Below are positions 47,714 through 58,332 of a stretch of 64,000 nt of DNA, one piece after another. A model generated the notes under the pieces. It saw nothing but the letters and a program-made list of their open reading frames with translations, made no database searches and had not been told where the DNA came from. Position numbers and translations under genes: made by a program. The stretch spans positions 13,224 to 77,223 of the IMG/VR virus record IMGVR_UViG_3300023178_003744. One strand, written 5' to 3'. Every line of letters starts with the position of its first letter. The stretch's first letter is position 1. Origin of the DNA: a virus.

Positions 47714-50700
47714 TTAGTATGAGCCTCCTGAATTATTGTTACTTGAACTAGATGAAGTATAATTTGTTGTTGAAGTTACATTTAAGGCAGTGCTTTGTAC
47801 ACCTGCATTTACATCAGTAGTTGACGTAGTAATTAATCCGCTAGCTTGGATTTTAGTTGCTGTGATTTCATCTATAACTTCTAAATCTGTAATCTTTGCA
47901 CCACTTACAAATATTTCATCTGATTCTGATTTTACTTCAAATAAGCTACCAAAAACTCTATTTGCATCGCTAGGAACGACAATAAATGTAACTATGTCAG
48001 GACTAAGTTGTTTCATTACATACGCACTCAATTCACTAAAATAGAATGTATCACCAAAATTCCAATTTTCTAATGCAAAAAATTCTTCAATTGCACTTAA
48101 ACACTGTGATTTTATATCATTATCGTTGATTACAGATTCTGGATTTTTAACAATTTTAAATGTTGCTTGCAAGTCACTATCTGCTTTTGCACCAAAAATT
48201 ATTTTGTACTTTACAGGATTATAAATTATTTCATCACTTACTGATTTGATAGAAGCAAGATTTGCATTGTAAGAAAGATATAGCTGATCAGTACTAGGAG
48301 GCAGGGGTTTTTCTGCTTCGTCTCTTAGATATCTTCTAAAACTTGTGTCATAAGATTGAGTAAGCACATATACATCTATTATGTTGCTTACACTCGGGTC
48401 TAATCTTTTATCTTTATCTGCAGAATGCACATAATGGAATTTTAAATTATCTCTGCCAGAAACAGCTCGGTAGTCTGCTGTAACCTTTAGTGAATTTGAT
48501 TCTTTGTTTAGAACTTCAAAATAATCCTCGTCTAGATAATAGAATATTTGTCCATCATCATACAAGCTAGTCGTTTGCACTGATGCCTTAGTTGCAAACG
48601 AAATAATTTCGTTGTTTGAATTAGGAAAATACAAATATTGTTCGCTTCCGTCAGCGTTCTGCTGTCTTTGTCTATATACAATTTTATTTTCACTGTTTAC
48701 CTCGTCAGCAACAATTACTTCAAAAAGATCAGGATCATCAACTATTCCATCTTCGTCGCTATCAAAAAAAGTAATTTCCATTTTGCTACTATCAACATAA
48801 CCATCTGTATCTCTATAACTTGCTAATACAGACCAATCATAATCAACAGTAAAAGCATCTGTAGAATCAGGTTTTGGATTTATACTCAAAACAGAAATTT
48901 TATCTTTTAATGTTTTGCCACTTGTTTTATTAAAAACTTTATCTGATGAATCAAAATAAAATCTAATTTCGTTAGGACTTTCGAACAAGTACCTACATGC
49001 TCTATATGTTACTGTATAAGTATTGCCTTCTGGCTCAAACAATAACAGCCAACTACTATCTAATTGTCTGCTCGAATTATTCCCTGCTTGCTTCAAACTG
49101 AAGTCATTAAAAATATCCAAATTTTCAAGGGTAATTACTTCCCATTTTAAATTATTTGTATCATATCTTAAGCCAAAAGTTTGTCTTGCAAATGCTTGAT
49201 TAACTATCTGTGTCTGTGTAGTAGTAAATAATTCATTAGACATTTTTGGAATGATTTGATCTAATATTGCACCTGTAGGAATTATATCAGATAATTTTAC
49301 TGGTCCGTCTCCGTTGTCTGTTAATTCTGTACCATTACCTTGGATACTGTATACTTTTGTCCAAAGATAAGTAACTGAATCTTTATGATCCGCTTCGCCG
49401 TCCATTAAAGCATTATTATTGCTTTTCATAAAATGCTTGCCTTCTGGTGCAACAAATTTTAACAAAGTATTAGGCTTAATAAGCTTTAATGTACTTGTAG
49501 TAAAATCTCCTAGCAATTGTAATTGGCCGCCAAGGTCATTAAAATAACCTGTATTTTGATTCGTACTACTAGATACACTTGTCCAAAAATTGTTAAAGTC
49601 ATTTACTTTTATTTTTGTATATTCGCTGTAGTAAAAGTTTTGTAAATTTTTATTTGCTAGCACAGGCTGCACAACATTTATTATCGCACCGGCAATATCA
49701 GTTCTTGTTTGCCAAGAGAATTTTTCTTTAAATTGTAGTAATTCTTTTGTTAGAATACCATCATTACCGTATAAATTTGTTTTACTGTATTTTCCTGTAC
49801 TGTCTAATAGATCAAAATATCTACTAATACCACTACTTATTCTGTTTACACTTTTAACTTTTACAATGTCCGGGTTCCTTGTAATAGGTGCTAACTGATA
49901 ATCTTCAGCTGTAATCATTCTATTTTGTGTATAGTAATTTGCCGGAGCGTTAGTTTTTATACTTTCATTAGACTCAGAACTAGAACCATTGTTTATAGTA
50001 TTAGGCAATTGGCATTGAATGTTAAGTGTCTCTTCTTTACCAAACTTACTTATGTACGGAATATTTAAACTAATAGCTGAAAGTTCTTCTGGATCTAAAG
50101 AGCCTACATCTGGACTAGATACTCTAAAATACGCTCTAAATTTTCCTAATGGAATATTACCAAAAGTTCCGTCTCCGAAAACCAAACTAATTCTGTCTTC
50201 TAATCTAGTTAACACACTGAAAACATTTTTATCATTTTTATTTAAGTTATTATATATTACATTATTTCCTTCAGTAGAAACAACTTTTGTCCATTCTTCG
50301 TCTTCATTGTTTTGTGCATCTAACGAGTACAGCCAAACGTCTGATTCATTAACATTTGTATCGTCAATAGCTACTACTTGATTACTGTTACCTTCATTAA
50401 GTGTAAAATCTCCATTTATGAGTGTTCCTTGCCTAAAGTGCATAAAGTAACCTGTATTTTCACTTTGATTTCCTCTACCATCTGATCGATATAGAATTGC
50501 AAATTTGTTTCCGTTAAACGGAGCTTCTTCTACTATAGAACCATTTTCTATTCCAGTACTTACAATTTCGAAGGGTCTGTTTATGCCATTTATCGGACGG
50601 GTAAAAGGAAAAATAGGTAAACCTACATTTGCACTATTAAATCTATATTGTTGGGTTAAGATACCATTAATTGTTTCTTCTTGTAATGGATTACCTATAC

Positions 50701-51205
50701 TGGCTTCATACGGAAGTGCTGCATTTAATATTCTTGTAAATTTACTTTTCCAGCCGACATCTTGGGAATCATTAAATCTAATATTTGTTCCAGATATATT
50801 TAAATTATTTTCATCTCTAACGTCTTCAGAAGTTGTTACTGAAATAATTTTTAATAGCCCGTTTACAGGTATTACACGTTTAGGTTGATAACTAAGAAGC
50901 CTAGCCAACCGTAGCACGCTTTCACGTCTTTCTGCTGTTTCAAGAAAGTTTTCTCGAGCGTTTAAATCTGTTCTAAACGAGAAATTCTGTCCTAAGAATG
51001 CTATTAAATCAATTAAAGCAATATATTCACTAGACTCAATATAATCATTAAAATCTTCAGGATAATTACGTCGCAAGTACGTAATCATCGTTCTTCGTAA
51101 ATTATCAAAATCATAGGAAAGAAATTCAGCATTTCTAAAGCTTTGGTAGATACGCTTCCAATCTTCAGCTACTAATAGCCTATTTTGCCGATCAGTATTA
51201 GACAT
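47714..51205 (-). CDS. gp6: Baseplate wedge subunit, T4 gp6-like
   Basis: YDFD.LR..MI.YL...DF.D..E.S....LID..A...NARE.FL.TA..R.SV..LA..L.Y.P; FGDG.FG..P; ES.ESIK.NAP..Y.TQNR.ITAEDY. Confidence 0.85.
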   Translation of the reverse strand: MSNTDRQNRLLVAEDWKRIYQSFRNAEFLSYDFDNLRRTMITYLRRNYPEDFNDYIESSEYIALIDLIAFLGQNFSFRTDLNARENFLETAERRESVLRLARLLSYQPKRVIPVNGLLKIISVTTSEDVRDENNLNISGTNIRFNDSQDVGWKSKFTRILNAALPYEASIGNPLQEETINGILTQQYRFNSANVGLPIFPFTRPINGINRPFEIVSTGIENGSIVEEAPFNGNKFAILYRSDGRGNQSENTGYFMHFRQGTLINGDFTLNEGNSNQVVAIDDTNVNESDVWLYSLDAQNNEDEEWTKVVSTEGNNVIYNNLNKNDKNVFSVLTRLEDRISLVFGDGTFGNIPLGKFRAYFRVSSPDVGSLDPEELSAISLNIPYISKFGKEETLNIQCQLPNTINNGSSSESNESIKTNAPANYYTQNRMITAEDYQLAPITRNPDIVKVKSVNRISSGISRYFDLLDSTGKYSKTNLYGNDGILTKELLQFKEKFSWQTRTDIAGAIINVVQPVLANKNLQNFYYSEYTKIKVNDFNNFWTSVSSSTNQNTGYFNDLGGQLQLLGDFTTSTLKLIKPNTLLKFVAPEGKHFMKSNNNALMDGEADHKDSVTYLWTKVYSIQGNGTELTDNGDGPVKLSDIIPTGAILDQIIPKMSNELFTTTQTQIVNQAFARQTFGLRYDTNNLKWEVITLENLDIFNDFSLKQAGNNSSRQLDSSWLLLFEPEGNTYTVTYRACRYLFESPNEIRFYFDSSDKVFNKTSGKTLKDKISVLSINPKPDSTDAFTVDYDWSVLASYRDTDGYVDSSKMEITFFDSDEDGIVDDPDLFEVIVADEVNSENKIVYRQRQQNADGSEQYLYFPNSNNEIISFATKASVQTTSLYDDGQIFYYLDEDYFEVLNKESNSLKVTADYRAVSGRDNLKFHYVHSADKDKRLDPSVSNIIDVYVLTQSYDTSFRRYLRDEAEKPLPPSTDQLYLSYNANLASIKSVSDEIIYNPVKYKIIFGAKADSDLQATFKIVKNPESVINDNDIKSQCLSAIEEFFALENWNFGDTFYFSELSAYVMKQLSPDIVTFIVVPSDANRVFGSLFEVKSESDEIFVSGAKITDLEVIDEITATKIQASGLITTSTTDVNAGVQSTALNVTSTTNYTSSSSSNNNSGGSY

Positions 51206-51231
51206 GTATAAAAACCTTCAAATATATAAGG

Positions 51232-51239
51232 TATTTATG
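51232..51239 (-). promoter_or_regulatory. Late promoter CATAAATA
   Basis: Intergenic, upstream of the gp6-like start codon. Confidence 0.55.
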
Positions 51240-51264
51240 CTAATATAAAATGCGTACTAAACTT

Positions 51265-51747
51265 TTAATATGATCTTTGTTCTGAATAATCGTTTGTTGT
51301 AGGTATTAAATAACCAGCTCTATTATCAAATCTAAGCTGCAAATATTCTGATACATCGTAAGGAACATAGGTAATGTTACAGGTAATTTGAATGCCATGT
51401 TCGTAAGAATCTACAATTATTTTGTCAGCATTTACTCTAGGATCATAGTTTATAATTTCTGTAACATCTTCCGCAATAGCTTCTTTTAATCTATCTGTTA
51501 GTGGGTCAAACAACACATCCCATATAATTGTACCAAACTCAGGATCTGACAACTTTTCGCCCTGCCTTATATGAAAGTGATTAATAATATCTTGTCTAAT
51601 GCATTCTAAATCAAAAACTTTAGTTGATCTTTTAGAAGGACTTGTAGTTGAAAAACCCTTATAGCTTTGCGTAGGCAAACCATAACTTTGCTTCTTTGAA
51701 GTAGGTATAATAACTTCTTTGTATATCTTTTTTTCTATACGAGACAT
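51265..51747 (-). CDS. gp25: Baseplate wedge subunit, gp25-like
   Basis: I.N.F..RQGEK..DPEFG..I.D.LF.P....I...I..DPRV. Confidence 0.85.
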   Translation of the reverse strand: MSRIEKKIYKEVIIPTSKKQSYGLPTQSYKGFSTTSPSKRSTKVFDLECIRQDIINHFHIRQGEKLSDPEFGTIIWDVLFDPLTDRLKEAIAEDVTEIINYDPRVNADKIIVDSYEHGIQITCNITYVPYDVSEYLQLRFDNRAGYLIPTTNDYSEQRSY

Positions 51748-53990
51748 TATATAACTTTCCTATCTTTAATAATATATTCTCTACAGTCTATATGATCTGC
51801 TGACTGGTAACCTTCAGGCGGAATACTGAAATTACTAGTTGTAACTTCTAATCCTGAATACCATAAGTCGTGTTCTTGTTGTTTCCCCCATGTAGTCAAC
51901 GGCGGATGGAATAAATGATTATTCATTGACTCTTCATGTCGCCACGGATGCCCAGCAGGCATTCTTCCTAGATTTGTTTTTATTACAGTAAATGTAGGAT
52001 CTTTGTAATATCCCTCAGGCCAATTTTCTGATTTTTCATATTTTTTAACTGGTTTTGTATTCCAACTACCACGACCACCTTGTTCGCCTTCACCCTTTTT
52101 GTTAGGTGTGTTCGAAATCAACGGCCATGTTTGATAGAATTCGTGGGGTCCTGTTGTAGCTAATCGCACTCTATTAATAACTGCTCCGACTTCGTCAGTG
52201 CCTGACCCATCTTGTGGGCCGCCTGGAGCTTCGTCAGTGCACTCCTTGGCTCCAGTGCCTATCTCCTTTTGTAACTTAGTTCCTATTAATTCAAGATACG
52301 GTCCTCTAAATTCATCAGTACTCCATTTCTTAAGTTTTTCTACTATTCGACCGTTTTCGTCTGTTGTAATTTCGTTTTCACCAGCCAGGTCATAATAAGA
52401 TTTAGATCTGTTGTGGCCGCCTACATCATCAAAATCAGGTCCTTCAGGATGACAATATGCATCTATAGTTGAGGTTTTTCCTTCTAAATCTGGTTCAGTT
52501 TCCCCTAAGTTAGTCGGTTGAAACGGAAAACATTTTACAATAAAATTATCTTTTCTATTTTCCATATGAAACTGTAGATTTCCTTGATATAAATTATCTG
52601 CCCTAACTAAACTTGATCCTTTAAATGTTGAAATTCCAAAACCGTTAGTTGTTAGAATTTCCATTCTACCATCTTTAACTTCGAGAGCAAATTGGCGTTG
52701 ACCTGCTCCTCTGTGCTTACCATCAGAACCAAAACCTAAATCTTTTCTTTGTTCCATATAAAGCTTACGATGCGCAGAAAAGTTAATATCTTGTGCTTCT
52801 ACATTTACTTGACATGCATGTAAATTAATTTGCGCTTGACCGTCTTCCTCAGGAGAACCTTCTTGGCTTTGGCTTGCCATGTGTATTCCATCTTTTGCAA
52901 ACACATCTATTTTTCCATTAGGTGACATGTGAATCCAAGACATACCACTGCCGTGCATTATATGAATAAAGTCTTCTGAATTGTGCATGATAATTCTGTG
53001 ACCCGTTCGTGTTGTAATACGAAATTGTTCATGTAGATAAGTGTCTTTTAAGTTAGAGTGATCTCCGTCCCATTGACTCTCTGCTTTTGAATTATAATCT
53101 GTTATATCAGGCTTTGTGCCTTTATAATCTCTATGTCCGTCCCACGGAAATCTTGCGCTAGTAAATCCTAGCATTCCGTCGTCCATAACAATGTTAGTTC
53201 CGCCCATACGCATTTTAGGTACAGGATTTACATCTTCCCCTACTTTTTGGTTAAAAACCTTGTTAGATCTAGGAGCATTATCCATTACGGCTGGCGGGCC
53301 TGGTGAACTCCACCCGTACACATTAGACGGAGTGTCTCTTCTAGCGCCGCTTGTTATTGCCGATGAAAACTCAAAATGGTCCATTGTACCTGCAAAAATT
53401 TCTCTATCTTCTCTAGTTTGCATTCCCCAAAGAGTTTTTATCTCATTATTTTTACCTCGCTTTTTACGATCAACAGCAGCATCCCACTCAGCAATAGCAG
53501 CAGCATCATCAGGACCCGAAAATGCTCGTGATGGTCCTACGTCTTTTTTGTTAAAATTAGACTCAAGGTTGTTAAACAAATTTTGATTCATATATTCGTC
53601 ATGCATGTAGCCAACTATGAATCCTTCGCCGTCGCCGCCTTCAGCAACTACAACCACGCACAATACACCTACGTCAGGCGGTACTGCCCAAAATCCATAT
53701 GATGTTTGTGATTCTGCATAGGTACTTTGCTTTCCGCTAGCGGTATAATTAGTTTGGCCTGCAAAAGGTGAAGTATATCTTGCAATAATAGTTTGAGTGT
53801 CATCGCCTGCTGTTGTACCTTGCTTACTATTAGGTAAAATTTCAACTTCGCAATAACCCATTCTCTGCGGATCGATATTATTTGCAACTCGACCAATATA
53901 TATACCCGTACTTGTTCCAGCGCCGCCGGCCATAGAAGTACGTGTATTGCGGGTTACACCTGATGTTCCTTGATTTAATTCTGGTCTCAT
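51747..53990 (-). CDS. gp5: Baseplate hub/spike protein, gp5/VgrG-like (no lysozyme domain evident)
   Basis: N-terminal OB-fold pattern YIGRV.N.IDP.RMG...V...SYGFW..PPDVG..V.V; R.TTR.GH.I.M.NSE..I.I....G.SWI.M..NGKIDVF. Confidence 0.7.
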   Translation of the reverse strand: MRPELNQGTSGVTRNTRTSMAGGAGTSTGIYIGRVANNIDPQRMGYCEVEILPNSKQGTTAGDDTQTIIARYTSPFAGQTNYTASGKQSTYAESQTSYGFWAVPPDVGVLCVVVVAEGGDGEGFIVGYMHDEYMNQNLFNNLESNFNKKDVGPSRAFSGPDDAAAIAEWDAAVDRKKRGKNNEIKTLWGMQTREDREIFAGTMDHFEFSSAITSGARRDTPSNVYGWSSPGPPAVMDNAPRSNKVFNQKVGEDVNPVPKMRMGGTNIVMDDGMLGFTSARFPWDGHRDYKGTKPDITDYNSKAESQWDGDHSNLKDTYLHEQFRITTRTGHRIIMHNSEDFIHIMHGSGMSWIHMSPNGKIDVFAKDGIHMASQSQEGSPEEDGQAQINLHACQVNVEAQDINFSAHRKLYMEQRKDLGFGSDGKHRGAGQRQFALEVKDGRMEILTTNGFGISTFKGSSLVRADNLYQGNLQFHMENRKDNFIVKCFPFQPTNLGETEPDLEGKTSTIDAYCHPEGPDFDDVGGHNRSKSYYDLAGENEITTDENGRIVEKLKKWSTDEFRGPYLELIGTKLQKEIGTGAKECTDEAPGGPQDGSGTDEVGAVINRVRLATTGPHEFYQTWPLISNTPNKKGEGEQGGRGSWNTKPVKKYEKSENWPEGYYKDPTFTVIKTNLGRMPAGHPWRHEESMNNHLFHPPLTTWGKQQEHDLWYSGLEVTTSNFSIPPEGYQSADHIDCREYIIKDRKVI

Positions 53991-53996
53991 TTACTG

Positions 53997-56261
53997 TTAT
54001 TCCCTGTATTCTTTTACATCTGATATTAATTCGCCGCCTGGTTCATACATTGGAGTACTAGTGCCTTCGCCTTGCTGTCTGTAACGAATACAGCTAAGTG
54101 TTTGTTTAAATCCTTCTGATTTTGTAAATGTACTCTGCACTTTTACTACCTGATAGAATCCTGTAAATCTGTACTGTCCGGGTGTTGTCCACGGAACACC
54201 TAAATCATAAGGTGTTTCAAAGTTTATTTGAATATCCGCTTCACTGTTTATATACTCAAGATCTCCGTCTTTTGTTAAATTTCCGTCGCTGCCAGCAATA
54301 TAATTGCCGCATCCGTTTGACTGTAAATAAACTGGATCGCCGTGTATATCCATTTCTATGTTTAGCAAATCAATATCTGAATTCATTAATATGTTGTGCC
54401 AGTCTCTGTTAGCTATAGATTCTGTATGTTTAGGTGTACCTATAGTCATTTTAGATCTTTGCGGAAGACTTTGAGTTTGCGTTATTTCGTCTGGAGAGCT
54501 AGGTGGCGAGCCTATTACTGATTTCATTAATACATCTGCACCTTTAGGGTGTTGCAATCCTGGTGTACCTAATGCGGCTGTTGCTTCGTTGTGTCCCATA
54601 TCTGACGTAATCGGCGCAAAGAATGAATAATTAAAATCTAAATCTAATTTAAGAACATCATTGTTTAAGCCAGTGTAAATGTAATTATAAATCCTAGCAG
54701 GAGATCCTCCCCCTTTGCCTATACTTCCAGGCGCTGCAAATCTGTTTAATGCTGCTTTGTGTTCGATAACCCTATAGATATATGTTTTAGCAGTACGCCC
54801 GCTTTCAGGTTCTTTAGCACTGCTTTCTGCTAACACAAAGCACTGTATTTTATACCAATTAACTTTGTTATTTTCATCAGGTTTGCCGTTGACTCCTTCG
54901 TTTCGACCGTATTCACTGGCTAAAATTAGTTCTTCTAATATATCAATAATTCTATTACCTGTTTCACACTTAATACTGAAAGAATCATGATCTAATAAAT
55001 TAAATCTATTTTGAAAAATGTCGTAATTTTCATCAGTTCGTGTATTGCGAACAGGTCCCATTTTATTGACTTTTCTATCAAAAGGTGTTTTACTTAATGT
55101 TGACTCGCCTATCTTGTTGCAGTTATCTTTATAAAAATTATAAATTACAGGACCTCTTGAATTAGTACCTTTGTTACCACTAAGATTGTATTGTTTATTT
55201 TGTGCTACCCAGTCGTCAAACGCTTTATAAGCTTGTGCATCTCCTGTTGAATTTTCAGCAGCGCTTAAACTTCCTATACCTCTTTCCTTATCCCAATCTT
55301 CTAACCACTTTACTGCAAATTCAGCCGCGCCTGGCGACGAAAGTGCTGTTAATACTGCTGATTCTTCAGCACTTGTTTTTGTATCAGGAAATACTATGTA
55401 ATATTGATCGCCTTCAGCAATCAAACCTTTTTCTTGTTTTTTCAATTCTTGGGAATTTAGCAAAGCAGTTAAACTATTTTGTCCATAAAAACAGATATCT
55501 TTAAGTTTGTCTCCAACAAGTGTACCATTGGTCTTAAGAGTAGCGTTTTCATCATTCCATGCTTGATCATTCCATGCTATTGCTTGACACTGATACATTG
55601 TGCCGCCCTCGGTATATTTAAATTTTGCGTTAATTAATTTTACAACAAAATTAAATGGTCCTACAGTTCCAGGGCGACCCTGATCGTCCCAGCCATCAAA
55701 CTTTAAACCTAGCATCCATCCAGCATCTGAATAGTTAGCCCAGCCCTGCGCTCTTGCTGCTTTATCTAAGTCTTCAATAAAATTACCTAAACTATACGGT
55801 TCAAATATATCAAAATCAAAACTTATAGAATGAGTGTTTCTAATATGCGCATTTGGCGCAGCAATACCTTGAATTCGCATAGAGTCAAAATGATAATCAC
55901 TTGCTCCCATATCAACAGCTACCGGTATACCTGCTTTAAATTGCCCTTTTATCGAATCGGGAAAATTTGTCTGTCCTTTAGACAAACAACATAAAGACCA
56001 CATCCAAGAATAAGAAGCAAATTTATGTAATGGATTTTTTCCGCCAGCAGTTGCACCTGTGCCGCCGCCATTCGGTGTTGGATTTTTATTTCCGCCGGCG
56101 CCTGCTGCTCTATTAGGCTCACGAAGATAAAAGAATTCATCAGGTGATAAAGGATTATCTACCCAAGTACGCCAGCTAGTATCGCTTACTGGAGTATCTG
56201 TGTTTTCTCTTGTGCTTTCTCCGCCGTTAGCAAGTGTTGCATCAATATTAAAAGTAGGCAT
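53997..56261 (-). CDS. Baseplate hub/tail protein (gp27-like position)
   Basis: NPLH.FASY, F.I.EPYS, Y.YIYTG.N.DVL, I.GDP..L and F.G.Y.V.KV.S.F..F.Q.L...R; lies between the gp53- and gp5-like genes. Confidence 0.55.
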   Translation of the reverse strand: MPTFNIDATLANGGESTRENTDTPVSDTSWRTWVDNPLSPDEFFYLREPNRAAGAGGNKNPTPNGGGTGATAGGKNPLHKFASYSWMWSLCCLSKGQTNFPDSIKGQFKAGIPVAVDMGASDYHFDSMRIQGIAAPNAHIRNTHSISFDFDIFEPYSLGNFIEDLDKAARAQGWANYSDAGWMLGLKFDGWDDQGRPGTVGPFNFVVKLINAKFKYTEGGTMYQCQAIAWNDQAWNDENATLKTNGTLVGDKLKDICFYGQNSLTALLNSQELKKQEKGLIAEGDQYYIVFPDTKTSAEESAVLTALSSPGAAEFAVKWLEDWDKERGIGSLSAAENSTGDAQAYKAFDDWVAQNKQYNLSGNKGTNSRGPVIYNFYKDNCNKIGESTLSKTPFDRKVNKMGPVRNTRTDENYDIFQNRFNLLDHDSFSIKCETGNRIIDILEELILASEYGRNEGVNGKPDENNKVNWYKIQCFVLAESSAKEPESGRTAKTYIYRVIEHKAALNRFAAPGSIGKGGGSPARIYNYIYTGLNNDVLKLDLDFNYSFFAPITSDMGHNEATAALGTPGLQHPKGADVLMKSVIGSPPSSPDEITQTQSLPQRSKMTIGTPKHTESIANRDWHNILMNSDIDLLNIEMDIHGDPVYLQSNGCGNYIAGSDGNLTKDGDLEYINSEADIQINFETPYDLGVPWTTPGQYRFTGFYQVVKVQSTFTKSEGFKQTLSCIRYRQQGEGTSTPMYEPGGELISDVKEYRE

Positions 56262-56575
56262 TACAGCAGTTCCTTTAAATATTTTGCTTGAGGCAAATAT
56301 ATTTCTACACCAGCTTCGAGATCATAAACAGGGTCTCTAATAACATTTAGATTTCTTTGTGCAAAAACCCACCATAAAGCTCGTTCTTTATACAAATCAT
56401 ATGCTAACAAATCCGGCCTATGTGTGTATTGGGGTTCGATTTTGTAAAGCACATCGTTTGCTCTTGCTGGCACTGGCCTAATTTTTAAAATATCTAAATA
56501 CAAATCATTTTGTATGTCGGTTTTAAAATAAGGACTAGCTCTGCTATAGTCTGGTGAATCATATTTTGTAGTCAT
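56261..56575 (-). CDS. gp53: Baseplate wedge subunit, gp53/LysM-like
   Basis: Y..RPDLLAYDLY....LWWVFA.RN....DP..D...G..IY.P. Confidence 0.8.
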   Translation of the reverse strand: MTTKYDSPDYSRASPYFKTDIQNDLYLDILKIRPVPARANDVLYKIEPQYTHRPDLLAYDLYKERALWWVFAQRNLNVIRDPVYDLEAGVEIYLPQAKYLKELL

Positions 56576-57396
56576 TATAAGAATCCATCTAATGCGCCTG
56601 CAGCGAAACCTTGTAGACTAAATGTTTGTGATTTGCCTCTGCTAATTGCAATTTGCATATTAGCTGTTATTTCACATTTTGTAGGTGCATATGCACCTAC
56701 ACTAGATTGTATGTAATCTACATCTGAAGGCAAACTAATGTTCCATTGTTTTACTACGACTGGCACATTTGGAAGCACATGCCGTCCGTAACCAGTTAAA
56801 GTTACAACCGGAGGCGGTGAACCTTGGAATGCACTATTTGCATATGCACTTTTAGTTACTGTTTTAAGGTACTGCTGTGCAGCAATTATGTAATCTGCTT
56901 CTCTTTCTGTTTGACAAGTAAAAGTGCCCGAAATACTAATATCACTTACTCCGCTGTTTTGGTAAACAACATATGGATATAGTGCGTGTGTAGGCGTTTG
57001 TTCTGAGTAAGCAGCAAATGTACCTAACGAAACTGTAGGAGTATACGGCCAAATTAATCCATTTGTACGAGCAATACTGCGATGTAAAGGTCCAAAACTT
57101 ATTCCTGGTGGTATACTTAATCTCACTCGCCAGTCTTGAGCACCAGTGGCTTTCCAGCTAGCAGTTTGAAGTGTTATTGGTGTTGGATTTGCTCCTTCAG
57201 GAATATTTCTTGACCGTAATTGACTGTTAAAAAATTTTCTTTCGTATGTTTCATTGTCAACAAATTCGTCAAGTCTATTTGTATTATCACCAATTATCGT
57301 AGAACTACCTAACGCTGCATCGTTGGTTGATGTAGGATCAAATGAACTTCGACTTTGGCTTTCTTCTGTTGGATTTTCTACAAATGGTAATGCCAT
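56575..57396 (-). CDS. Baseplate/tail-tube initiator-like protein (gp48/gp54-like position)
   Basis: G..WPYTP.V, Y.NS....I.ISG.F, G.PPP...L.GYG.....VPVVV......LP.DVDYI; first gene of the baseplate operon. Confidence 0.55.
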   Translation of the reverse strand: MALPFVENPTEESQSRSSFDPTSTNDAALGSSTIIGDNTNRLDEFVDNETYERKFFNSQLRSRNIPEGANPTPITLQTASWKATGAQDWRVRLSIPPGISFGPLHRSIARTNGLIWPYTPTVSLGTFAAYSEQTPTHALYPYVVYQNSGVSDISISGTFTCQTEREADYIIAAQQYLKTVTKSAYANSAFQGSPPPVVTLTGYGRHVLPNVPVVVKQWNISLPSDVDYIQSSVGAYAPTKCEITANMQIAISRGKSQTFSLQGFAAGALDGFL

Positions 57397-57425
57397 ATTT
57401 GCTTCCTAAATAAAATTTTATACAT

Positions 57426-57466
57426 TATTTAGTTGACAAAAATACACATACATTATATTATAAATA
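57426..57466. promoter_or_regulatory. Divergent control region: minus-strand late TAAATA (57431-57426); plus-strand sigma70 TTGACA-N17-TATTAT (57433-57461) overlapping late TATAAATA (57459-57466)
   Basis: Direct motif matches at the strand switch between the structural and replication modules. Confidence 0.7.
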
Positions 57467-57484
57467 TTATTTTATGGAATTTTA

Positions 57485-58315
57485 ATGAAAAGATATAATT
57501 ACCTAAACAACAAAGATATTTTACTAGAAATACACAAATCAAAAAATACATTTTGCAGCTATGTCGATGATGATTATCATCAATATGATATTATTATACC
57601 AATGCCTACACCGTATTCTACTCTAGACGAAACTTTGCAAAAAATAAACATTAGAACTGTAGCAGAAGCTAAACGTAATAAAGCAAAAAGATTACAACAT
57701 CAAGATTACGACCGGCGAAAAGCAGCAGGCGAAAAAATAAAACTAGCCGAATGCGAAGTTAATTATAAAAAGATTGATAAAAAAGATCTTATTTTTAGAG
57801 TTATGACTTTTGATCATATCCCAGAAGAAATTGGCAGAAAGAAAACTCCTAAGTCTCTAGCTGACACAAAAACTAAACTAAATTTTCCTGCTTTTCAACA
57901 TTTTAAATTTAACGAAAATGACGAATTAGAATGTATAGGCAAAAGTCATTGGCAAGGCGGCATGGAAAATGGTTATTTTGACAAGCAAAGCGGCAAAGTT
58001 ACCAATAAACTTGCTCATATGTGGATGAAATTGTGCGAAAGATATTCTACTAGAGGTAACGTTAGAGGATATACTTATAACGACGAAATGAAAGGGCAAG
58101 CTATATTACAGCTTACCCAAATAGGACTACAGTTTGATGAATCTAAGAGTCAAAATCCATTTGCATATTACACAGCAGCAGTTACAAATAGTTTTGTACG
58201 GGTTATAAATTTAGAAAAACGTAATCAAAATATTAGAGACGACATTTTAGAAATGAATAATATGAATCCTAGTTATACAAGACAAAGTCAACGTGACTGG
58301 GATGCTTCAAATTAA
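57485..58315 (+). CDS. gp55: Late-transcription sigma factor, T4 gp55-like
   Basis: YLNNKD.L N-terminus; N.RGYTY.DEM......L......FDE.KS.NPFAY.T....NSF.R.I..EK; gp55-gp47-gp46 synteny as in T4. Confidence 0.85.
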   Translation: MKRYNYLNNKDILLEIHKSKNTFCSYVDDDYHQYDIIIPMPTPYSTLDETLQKINIRTVAEAKRNKAKRLQHQDYDRRKAAGEKIKLAECEVNYKKIDKKDLIFRVMTFDHIPEEIGRKKTPKSLADTKTKLNFPAFQHFKFNENDELECIGKSHWQGGMENGYFDKQSGKVTNKLAHMWMKLCERYSTRGNVRGYTYNDEMKGQAILQLTQIGLQFDESKSQNPFAYYTAAVTNSFVRVINLEKRNQNIRDDILEMNNMNPSYTRQSQRDWDASN

Positions 58316-58332
58316 TAACATACGAGGAAAAA

